A DNA stretch of 64,000 nucleotides, taken from NCBI GenBank assembly GCA_047638775.1, contig JBLIMQ010000002.1:60697-124696 (forward strand), written 5' to 3'. Positions 32,601-44,600 of the stretch are shown here, piece after piece (the first letter of the stretch is position 1; every line of letters starts with the position of its first letter). The translations under genes were made by a program, and so were the position numbers. This DNA is from Flavobacteriales bacterium. Lineage in GTDB: Bacteria; Pseudomonadota; Gammaproteobacteria; Pseudomonadales; Cellvibrionaceae. A model generated the notes under the pieces. The model was not told the origin of the DNA. It worked only from the letters and a program-made list of their open reading frames with translations, and did not search any database.

Positions 32601-35600
32601 GGCGACAGTTCCTTCATTACTAAATTGGCGTGTAATATTTTCGTAGACTTTCGACAACTCGACTTGCGCAGTAAGCTCCACCTCGGGAATGATAACAAAA
32701 TCGAATGCTTGATTATTTTCTAACTCCACCTCTGGTTCCGACAATTCAGAACTAAGAGTTACTGAGAAGAGGTCTTTTAGAACTTCTGCGTGTTCATCCA
32801 CAAAATACTGAGTCAACTTTTGAGGAGAGAAAAACTCAAACAATAAAGTTTTTCGCAACTTACCAAATGTTTGCTCTAGCTCGCGCAACAAGGCTATCGA
32901 TAGGAATGAATCTACACCGACATCGTCAAAGCTATCCGTAGCCGATATATTTGATTTCAAAGCCTTACTAACGACGTTGATTAGATATTCGAGTGTTTTT
33001 TCGAAAACAACATCATCACTCAGATCAGAAACACTTTCACTCAGTGACAATTCTTCGAGTGGCTTAACGAACTGTGACTTTACTGCTTTAATCTCTAGCG
33101 GATCAACACGGGTTTCGTTAACAACATTTGTTGAATGAGCCGGTAACCTAGGGTCTGATTCTTTTGTTACCTTGGGCTCTTCGGCGCCCCCGTTCTTAAC
33201 ACTTCCGCCTTTGGGAATGGCCCCTTTGGTGCTGGCCACAACAGAGCTAAGGCTTTGAAACTCATCCATCCTTTCCAATATATCAGCATGATTGGAAACA
33301 AAATATTCACACAACATTGTGATAGTGAAATATTCGAATAACAATGTTTTCCGAAGCTTACCGAAGTCTTTCTCTAGACTATTTAATATTTTGATAGATA
33401 AAAATGAATCGACACCGGACTCATCGAAGGAGCCATCATTATCGATATCGCTTTTCAAAATACCAACAATACGTTCTTTTAAGTACTGCAGGCAAAACAT
33501 GCGAAGATCCGGTTCGCTCGAAGATATCGACTCTAGCTCCATATTTTTTTCAATAGACACATCGAGTTGCTCACTGAACATCTCAGCGCCCAAGTCTCCC
33601 GAGGAAACAATGTCGTTCTCTATATGAGTCAAATTATCTAAGGGGATGTCGTTTCTCTGAGAAACTTCAAGTTGTGTGACATTAGATTCTACAGCACTCG
33701 ATCCCGGCGCAACCGGAACAATATTATTGGAACCTGCGGATAAAGAGTAATCAAATACCATTAGACCATCTTTAGTGGACAGCGGGTATATACCACGTTC
33801 ACTCACCATAGCTTTAACAGCTTCATCCGACACATTCATGCCTCCATCACGCCAATAAGGCCAATTCACTGAGACAGCATTACCTTTGCGTAAATTACGT
33901 TGCCGCTGTTGATTTCTAAATAATGAAAATGCATCTAAGAAACGATTAGAGTACGCGTATACCGACTGACCTTCATTACCTTTAATGGCTGACAACGACG
34001 AGCAAAACATCATAAAATCTAAATCATCCAACTTGGTCACATCATCTAGATTAATCGCTCCGTATATCTTCGCAGAGACAATCTCTTCTATTTCAGACAA
34101 TTGATGCTTAATTACATAGTTATCGCGAATCGCGCCGGCGCAATGAATAATGCCGTTGAGAGGACCAAAATCCTCACGGATTGTTTTTATAATACGCCGA
34201 ACATCCGACAACCTAGCCACATCACCTTGCAGATAGAGAATTTTCGATTTATTGGATATCGACGTAAGCTCAAGCAAGTCAGTGTCGTTTATCTCGCGTC
34301 GACCCATCAAGATAATAGTGACTTTATCTGTGGAGTTCAAAATATGCCGACAGAATATTTTACCCAAACCGCCCAAACCACCTGTAATAAGGTAAACACC
34401 ATTTTCGGCTAACTGACTACGGCTTATAGCTTCAGGTTCGAGTTTCAGCTCATGCGAACTTAAGACCCAACGTTCATCATTGCGATAACATGACTCAAGG
34501 ACATGCCTCTCATTCAATTCCTGAGCAATAGCATTATATTTCCGATCGGCAACTAGTTTGCTCTCTTTATCTTCAGTTTCGATCGTTACTACTCGTGAAC
34601 GAATTCGATCATCTTCTAAATCTAAGCATTGAGCAAAACCCGACAGTGCAATAATTTGAGCCTGTATGTCACCTAGTTTTTTTGTATGAACAAATACAAC
34701 ATTCAATTTCTTCAGTGTCAGATACTTAATACTACTTTGTACAACAAATACCGCCTGTTTAACAACGTCATGTACAGAACGATTTTTTACGATTTTCTTG
34801 TTCCACTTCAAACCTTTAACATCAATTACAAGTGTATCAACCTGACCTTGAGTAGGAGAGTCAATATACGCACCCTCCACTCCAAGCAAGCTAAAAGCCG
34901 TGTCAATATCGTTAAAATCTGAGGAGTCGTCTACTTTAATAAGCTTTACGCCGGAGATCACTTGTGAAGAATTTAAACCAATCCATACAATATTAAGCTT
35001 CGGGTCTTCATCACGAAACTTTTGAACAAATTCTCTATCGCCACTAACAATTAGAACCGTTTCACTTAATAACTTAGGTCGATATTTGGTATCAACCTTA
35101 GACGCGAAGGACCACGTCTGCTCAGCAAGTTTTAGCTCTGTTGCGCTTTGCAGAACCGATACATCTGAGATTGAATTGTGTGTAACAGGTTTATACAAGA
35201 TAGGTTTACTGGAAGCACGCTTTAGATCAACCGGTGCATTACCCATTGAGTTCACATCAATAGGACTTACTTTACCAAGATCTTGCGCGACAAGTATGGC
35301 GCTTGGTGTAGATATTGTATTGCCTATGGCGTAAGTCTTTTTCTCAGACGCCAAACGAGCTTTAAACCAGTAGCTATTTTTATCAAAAGAATAACTTGGC
35401 AAGTTCAATTTAACAGGCAGGGGCGTAGAATATAAGTCAATCCAAGAAACCGATTCGAGTTTCATCCAACTTGATACATTTAACTTAAGCTGGTCTTTCA
35501 TTCGTGTAGAGGAATGTACAAATTCAGCTAATGACTTAACATCGAGAGAGTTCAGGGATTTATCCGTAGTGACTAAGCCATTCAATTGAAACGATAACTC

Positions 35601-38600
35601 ACGCAACAATTCATCGTAGCTTTCAGCCATAGCCACATAGCGATACTTCATTGCTTCACGACCACATTGTAGCGTGAATGCCAAAGATTTCAGGTCTAGT
35701 GATGGACCATTTTCAACAAGGTAATCTCGTAAATTGCTTATCATCCGAGCCAACGCCGTTTCGGTTTTAGCTGAAACAAGGAAAACACTACTCACACCCT
35801 CGGCCCGACTCATAGTCTGATTGTTCGAAGACCTTTTGTGACCCGAGTAATCTTCTATTATCAAGTGCGCATTTACACCACCAAAACCAAACGAGCTAAG
35901 ACCTGCTCGCCTTGGCAATACGACATTAAACCGATCCCTTTTTGGCGCCCATGGCGTTGCTTTATTTAATAAGTAAAAAGGGCTGTCGCCTAAATCGATA
36001 TAAGGATTTTGTTCGCTAAAGTTTAGGTTCTTAGGAATCACATTATTCTTCAGCGATAAAAGAATTTTAAATAAGCCAGCCATGCCCGCCGCAGGCTCCA
36101 AGTGTCCGGTATTTGTTTTGACCGCGCCTAATCCAATATGTTGCTGAAGAGCGACTTTTTCGGTAGACGGGTTAGCACTATCATGCCGGTCTTCGTACAA
36201 GGTATTGAACGCTTTTTTAAGACCCTGAATTTCAATTGGATCTCCCAACTCTGTTCCCGTGCCATGCGTTTCAATATAATCGACAGTACTTGGATCAATA
36301 TTAGCTTGTCGGTATACGTCTACCAATAATTCAGCTTGTGAGTTCGCGCTCGGAGCGGTCAACGATTGTGACTTCCCACCGTGGTTTATTGAGCTTGCTT
36401 TTATAAGGCCATATATACTATCGCCATCAGCTTCGGCTGCACTTAATCGTTTTAAGACTATTGCGCCGACGCCTTCACCTTTAACGTAACCATTTGCGGA
36501 CTTGTCAAAGGTTTTACATTGCCCATCACTCGAAAATGCACCCATCTGGCTTGTTAAGACAAAAGTATCCGGGGAGAGCGCAAGACTCACACCGCCCGCA
36601 ATTGCCCCATCGACTTCGCCACTTTGAATCGATTTAACCGCTCGATGAATTGCAACTAACGAACTTGAACATGCCGTATCGATAGCCTCACTTGGCCCAC
36701 GAAGGTTTAACAAGTATGAAACTCTATTGGGTAAGACCGAATGTGCGTTACCCGTTGCCATGTGCGCCGTCATTTTTCCAGAGTCGCGCTGCATTAATGC
36801 TTGATACTCTTGAAATTGTAACCCGACATAAACGGCAATTTTTTTACCGCTAAGTGACGAGGGAGCATAACCAGCGTCTTCGATAGCGCGCCACGCCTCT
36901 TGTAAAAACAAACGATGCTGAGGGTCCATAACTTCAACTTCGGCGACGGACAGATTGAAAAATGCCGGATCAAAATTGTCAAAATCGGGGACAAATCCAC
37001 CCCACTTGCTATTTGTTTTAGCCGCGTCCGCTTGCGCATCGCCATAAACGTCGGACCACAACCATCGCTCCTCCGGAACCTCGGAAATCAAATTTCGGCC
37101 AGCTAGAAGGTTTTCCCAAAATGCGTCTAAATTCGACGACTGAGGCATAACACCACTAATGCCAACAATGGCAATAGGATCATCGTCGTGTAAGGCTTTA
37201 CGTTCATCATTACTAACGTCGACCGCTGGTGATTTTACAGCAGAGGTAACACGCTCGGGTGCACTAAGTGTCGGTGTACTTTGACTTGAATTGCTCTCAT
37301 ATTGTAAATCAGCACTTTCACCATGAGTAACTGTGTCACTAAGAGACAAATCATCACTACGAGACAATGCATCACCATGAATAGATGTTTCAGCGATTTC
37401 ATATGTCGCCTGAAAAACCAAAGGGTACTCAGCAACAAGGTATTCCGATAGATCCGACAAAGTGTGATACTCAAAAAACACGGTCGGGTTGATAGATAAC
37501 ATCCATTCAGTATTTATTGAATTAGCCAGCTGGGCAAATGTCACGGAATCAAAGCCGTAATTTTTTAATTCTTCTTTAACCGAAACCTCACCAGCCGTGA
37601 GCTTAAGAAGATCTTGAACGATAAACGTTAATTTATTCCGGACACCCGGTAAGATCGATTCACTCGGTACAGCGGCAGCATCAACATGCGGCTCTCGGGT
37701 AACTGAAGCTTTAGAGGTTTTCACCTCAACCGTAAGCCCTGTGATATTACGATAAATTTTCTCGTAATCGCCGGGGAGCACCGCTATATTTGCGTTATTT
37801 AGCTTCAAACAACACTCGAAATCTTCAAGTGCTTCGCGAGTGGAGAGACTTTTCAAACCGTATAAATCAAACAACATCGATTCTTGTTGAGGATCTATCC
37901 GCATCCCACCATCGGACCAATATGGCCAATTTATCGACAGGCTTTTACCACTACGAAAACCTTGATCGACTAGCTGAGCTCGTAACTCCATGGCACTATC
38001 CATGTACGCATTTGCATAGGCATAATCAGAAAGACCACCATCGCCAAATAGTACCGAGGACGATGAAAAAGTCACAAAAAGATCAAGCTCTAATTGAGCC
38101 GTTGCACGATCGAGCTGCGCTAAACCTACTGTTTTGGGTGATAAAATTGACGCTCCGTCACCTTCGACTTTATCTTTTATTAGGCGTGTTTTTGCAACAC
38201 CCGCGCAATGGATAACCCCATTTAACGAAGAATACTTTTGTACTACAGTTTGAATGAGAACATCTACATCCTCACCGCACGAAATATCACACTGATAATA
38301 TTCAGCCTTCCCGCCTAATTGAGCTACACCATTAACAAGAGATTTCTTTTGGCTATCAAAAACCGAACGACCGACAAGGATTAGAATAGCCCCATAGCGC
38401 TCACTTAGATATCGTGCAACAACTTCGCCGATACCGCCAGCTCCACCGGCAATAATATATACACCACCCGATTTAAAAATATTTGGCGAGTTTCTAACTT
38501 CATCAACTACTAAAGGACTAGCCGTAAAGAAATCACGTGAATAACGTGAATTTTCCTTAGTATATCGCACCCCAATGATCGAACTATCATCACGACATTC

Positions 38601-41600
38601 ATCAACAAGTGATGAGGCAAAACTGCTATCGCTTTCATAGGCGACATACCGACACTGAATTTTACTGTGCTCGTTATTTAGAACATATAGATAACTAAGT
38701 ATTGCGGAATTTGCCGGAGATAAGCTATGGCTCTTCATTTGGGACGCGCAAATGAGCCGTAAGGGTTGCACTAACTCGCTCTGCGTTAAAGCTCTACATA
38801 GATTATCAACAGCAACATACGGTGCTGAGTTAAACTCAAATAATTTTTGCTTATAGTTCAAGTCAAAAACAATGTTTTTAGGTGACGCGCCTGCGGCAAC
38901 CATTTTCGAAAATATATTTTTAAAATCAACAATAGTTGAGCCCGACTCACGCGGGATATTTATGCCATCACCAACGGAAAAACGCGTATTAGATCGCATA
39001 CTTGCATTATCTATTAACACCGCCCTAACGTGATTGGTCGTCGTCGCCAAGCTAAACGCGTTAGCTATTTCATCTAAGCGACGCTCATCATTGCTAAAAA
39101 TCAGTATCGGACCAGATAAAGTATTTTCATTCAAATCTAAAGGATGATTCTTCCAAGTCGGAACTACACACCGACTTTGTACTTGATTAATACCTAACTC
39201 GTCACTTAGCGATGGTACTGACGACGTTTTTTCAAGCTGGCGATAGACCACATTATCAGCACGTACCAATACTTTGCCATGCTCATCACACATGCAAACA
39301 TCAAAGCATACAAAGTCTGTATTAGTTGGGTTTAGTGATCCCTTATACGAGGCGTACGAATATAGAGTCTGCGGCAACTCTTCGTGAATACTAACGCAAT
39401 CTATTGAGAAAGGAATATAATGTTTATTATCGAACTCGTTGTCCAACATAACAATAAGTGACTGCAACGCGCTGTCAAACATGCCTGGATCAAGCATGCC
39501 TGAATCAAGCATACCTGCGGAATCGTGCCCCTCAATACGCGCAAGTATTTCACTATCGCTATACCATACCGTGCGCAAACACGAATAGCTTGGACCGTAA
39601 AAGAAGCCCAAAGACGAAAACTTTTGATAGATATCCTGATGCTCAACACTCTGTGAACACCGAGCACGAATACTGACAAGATCAATATGATCGGCGTCGG
39701 CGTCGCTAAGCTCTGTCAAAAACGACAAATCTCCTTCCGAGTGTAAGCGTTTACCTCTATTCGTCGTATTCGATACCAATTCATAACGAACGTCACCTGA
39801 GCTATCATGTAAACTCAATTCAACTGTGCCGTCGGAAATCGTATCCGCATATATTGGCTCGACAAAAAGCAAATCAGATATTTTTAATGATGCAAACTGA
39901 TCAAACGAACAACGTGCCGCCGAATAGACCATACTTATAAACGCGGTGCCCGATAGCAGGCAGCGATCACCGACTTTATGATGTAAAAACACAGATTCAG
40001 TACCTGTGAATTTTGATTCAAAACGCTGGTTAGAAAAGGTAGATACATTTTTGTGCAGCAGCGTATTAATTCCACCAGCAGACATACTGACAATCTCACT
40101 AGTATTTGCATCTAAGATTTTATTGCTATCGACCGCCTGTAGATCAACCCAATAACGTGTTTTTTGAAAAGGATAAACAGGAAGACTAAGAACTCGGCCT
40201 GAATATTCGCCTCGAGCAAACACTACTTTCCATGAAACCTCAGCGCCGACAAGCCATGCATCCACTAAGGCCTCTACATTATCTGTTTGGAGCGAAGCTC
40301 GTATGCTTTCTTGCAGTTCCTCATCTCTTAGTGCTTCTTCTTTCGCTTCGACAAGGTTTTCAATTCGCCCAGTACGCGTTGAACCTGCATTTACATTGGA
40401 TGCAAGAAAATCACCTAAGGCGTCAATTAGACTACGTATTGATGTAACACATATGGCTAGGCGGGAATGCAAAGGTTCTCGACCTTGGCATAGAGTAAAT
40501 GCAATATCTTGCAGTAAGCGAAAATCATCTGTCCCATGACTAACAACGTCGAATTTAATGTTTGTAATTGCCGTTAACAAAGTCGTTGCATATACCTTAA
40601 GTCGGTCTTCATTACGTGCTGACAATAGAATAGGTACAATTCGTTTATCGGGAAGAGACTTAAGATTAATAAATTCGTTAATCGGTCGAAATTCTTCCAC
40701 TATTAAATGTGCATTTGCCCCACCCGCGCCAAAGGAACTAACGCCGGCTAAACGCGGTGATTCGTCCTCAACAGCCCAGTCGCTTAATTCTTGCTGAACA
40801 CGTAAGTTACCATTTGAAAAATCACAATTATTATTTAGCGTTTTAGAGTGGAGAGAAGGAACAAGCTGTTTATGCTTAAGCTGTAAAAGTACTTTTGTGA
40901 GCGCGGCAATTCCAGCTGCCGATTCACAATGACCGATATTTGATTTAACCGATCCGATACTACACGGTAATTCTGACTTCCTAGAAGCTAACGCTTTATT
41001 TAACCCTGCCAATTCAATTGGATCGCCCAAGGGTGTACCGGTTCCGTGCGTCTCGACATAACTTAAGTTTTCGATTGATGCCGTTGAACGCGCAAAAGCG
41101 TCTTCAATTAACTCTCCTTGCGCGACTGGATCAGGCACCGTATAACCATTTGTTTTACCACCATGATTTATGGCACTGCCTTTAATTACAGCATAGATTT
41201 GATCGCCATCAGCTATAGCCTTAGCTAAAGGCTTTAGTAATACGGCACCTACACCTTCACTTGGCACAAAACCATCGCCACCTTCGCCAAAGCTGCGGCA
41301 ACGACCATCAGTTGATGAAAACTGACCTTGATTCAAATAAATATACTTATCAGCATGCAAATTTAAATTAACACCGCCAGCAAAGGCGTAGTCACATTCC
41401 CCATCACGAATACTTTTACAGGCTATATGTATTGCCGTTAGTGATGACGAACACATTGTATCAACAGCCATACTCGGGCCGCGGAAATCACAATGGTATG
41501 AAACGCGATTAGCTATACTCGCAGGGTGACCAGAAAGCGAAAGTTGATCACCATTCAAGCTTTTTTCTACGCCAAAGAATTTATATTCTTCGTACATAAC

Positions 41601-44600
41601 TCCGACATAGACACCTACATTGGCACCGTATTTCTTTTCTGAGTTAGCTTTTATTCGATCACGAGTATAGCCAGCATCCTCCATAGTTTCCCAGACAACT
41701 TCTAAAAATAACCGTTCCTGTGGATCTATATGCTCAGCTTCACGTGGAGAGATATTAAAAAATAGCGGGTCGAACTTGTCCGCGTCGGCAATAAAACCAC
41801 CCCACTTCGTATTAATTTTACCTTGATCATATAAAGTCTTGGCGTCCCATCGCGATTCTGGAACTTCCGTAATACAGTCCCGACCTTCTTTTAGGTTGTC
41901 CCAGTATTCATCAAGATTTTTGGCCTGAGGGTAACGGCCACTTACACCGATAATAGCGACATCACCATTATCGCCTGGATTTTGCTCTTGGCTTGAAGCC
42001 TTAGCATACGAATCTACTTTGTTCCTGGATTGACCGGGTGGAATTTTATTCCGACTATTTTTAGATTCAGATGAACTAGGAGCCTCTGCGATAAAGCTAG
42101 GAGCGCCAACGATAGAGCTAGGAATTTCAGCATGCGGCTTTGGAGGCTCTACACTCAAGTTCAAATTTTCGGCGTCAAGGTCAACAGCATCAACACTTAA
42201 ACTTTGTCTCTTTGCGGGTAAATTATGGCGTTCTTTTTCCGAATCGCTCAACTCCGCCAAGCCACTAATAATGGCACTATGCTTGGAAGCCAAATAGCCT
42301 GCCAACTGGTGTATATTCCGGTGCTCAAAAAACAATGTTTTGGGTAATTTCCCGAGCGTTTTCTCTAGACTTTCAGTAAGTTCAATCACCATCATTGAGT
42401 CTATGCCGTAAGCTTCAAAGTCTTTAGCTAAAAACACTCGCTCCGGCATCATCTTTAAGGAGCGCGCAATCAGATCAACTAGATATTGTTCGGCCAACTC
42501 AAGTATGGTTTTTTTCTCGCCCGAAAACGTAAGATCTTTTGAAACTTCTTGATGGGCATTGTCTATTTTAATATTGTTTATTTTGACATTGTCTATGCCG
42601 TAAGATTTTAAGTATTCCGGCGTTGCGTTAACAACCAAAGCTTGCATCTGCCCTGAATAGATCAACGCCTCTAGCGCTTTAAAACAGTCGTCTTCTTGCA
42701 ATGGAAGCAATCCCTGACGAGCCAATTCAGAGGCCTTACCTTTGGCCAGGCCTAACTCACCCCACAAACCCCAAGCAATTGAAAACACCGGAAAATGACT
42801 ATTATTCAGAAGCTCTTGAGATAAACCGTTTTGAAATCCACAAGCCGACGCGTAGTTGCACTGACCAGCCGCCCCAAATTCTGAGCGAATCGACGAGAAT
42901 AAACATAAAAAGTCTAAGTTTTCTCGCTGAAAAGCCAAAACTAAGTTTCGGCTGCCTTCTACCTTAACATCCTGCACCTGCTTAAATTCGCTCAAACTCA
43001 TATTGACAGCTAGGCGATCACAAACATTTGCGGCCGAATGAAATACACCACTAACGACTGGAAATTCTTCTTTAACACGTTCAACGACATTCTTTATATT
43101 GATAAGGTCAAGAATATCCACTTGAATATATTTTGGCTTAAACCCATATTCTCCGACTTTAGATTGCTTACTGCGAATATCATCATCTAATTCGCGGCGA
43201 CCAAGCCAAACAACCTGCGCTTGATAATTCTCTACGATATATCGGCTTAATAGACACCCAACATCACCAGCACCGCCAACAATCACATAAACTCCACCGT
43301 GCTTATAGATTGGTTTTACGGTCGTCAAATTTTTGATTGATTTAAGTTGTGGACGAAATAACATACCTTTACGATAAGCCGTTACTAATCCATCCTGCCG
43401 ACCCATCGAATTAATAAAATCGCTTAACATTGATTCAAGCTTTACGCACTCTAAGTCTTTTAATTCAACATCTATATTACGCAATGACCACGACTTAAAT
43501 TCACATGCAAGCGTCCGCACCATAGCCGCCAGACCCGATGCGCGAGAGCAGACAGGGTCACTATCTATTACTGACTGTGCATTGACAGAAACTATAGTAA
43601 TATCTAAATATTCCACCTTAGAAAAACTTAGCGAGAACGCTTTTATTAGTGTAAAAAACAATTCAGAAGGCTGCTCAATTTCGTTCGATATAAATATACG
43701 AACTGCATCTATAGGGCCACAACGTAATAGTGAATGCTGTATCAATTTTTGTAGGAGAGAAACTTCAGCTTGACCATCTAACTCTATGCAATTAGTGAAC
43801 CCTGACAACTGCAGTGTTTGTTTAAATCCGTGCGACATACCCGCACTAAGACACAATACGCCATCAGCTGAAGCACCTTTCGTAAACTCTGAGGTCATCA
43901 ATGCCGTATCCTCGCTCCATTCGATCTTGTGGATAAGCTGTTTAGGATCTTTCGGGACTAAGCGACGAAATTTCAAACCTTTGATTAGCGCAACAACCAC
44001 GCCATCACCTGTTAACAAACAAAAGTCGTAACACTCCGGTGACACACGCGTAGCGAGGCTATATTTGGCAGAAGCCACACCGCCCAATACGTCAACACTT
44101 TCCAACGAAAAGGGGATTAGTACGGTAGATTCTTTTTCACTAACAATGCCTGATATAGACTGCAACGCCGCGTCAGCAATTGCTGGATGTAACCCGTAAT
44201 ATACCGCTGCCTTAGCATCTATCGGCAACGCGGATAAGGCCGATAAAATAGTATCGCCACTTGCCCAAATACTCTCTACGCAGCGATAGAACGGACCATG
44301 CTCAACACCTAACTTATTTAGAGATCGATAGAATGTTTCTACACTCTCCGCGCCATCAACCTTCAGGGTTAAACTTTGCTTTAATATCGAAACCCCTTGA
44401 ATAGGATTTATCACAAGCGCTTCTTTGGATTGAGCGGTCGCTCGCACATAAACCTTTCGATTTCCATCGGAGCCAATGCCCGACATTTCCAATGAGAATT
44501 CGGTACTAGATGCTACGACTATTGCGATATCAAAACTATTGGACTCATTCGTTATGACAATTGCATCTCGCCAAATAACATCAACTAATGAACAAATCAG

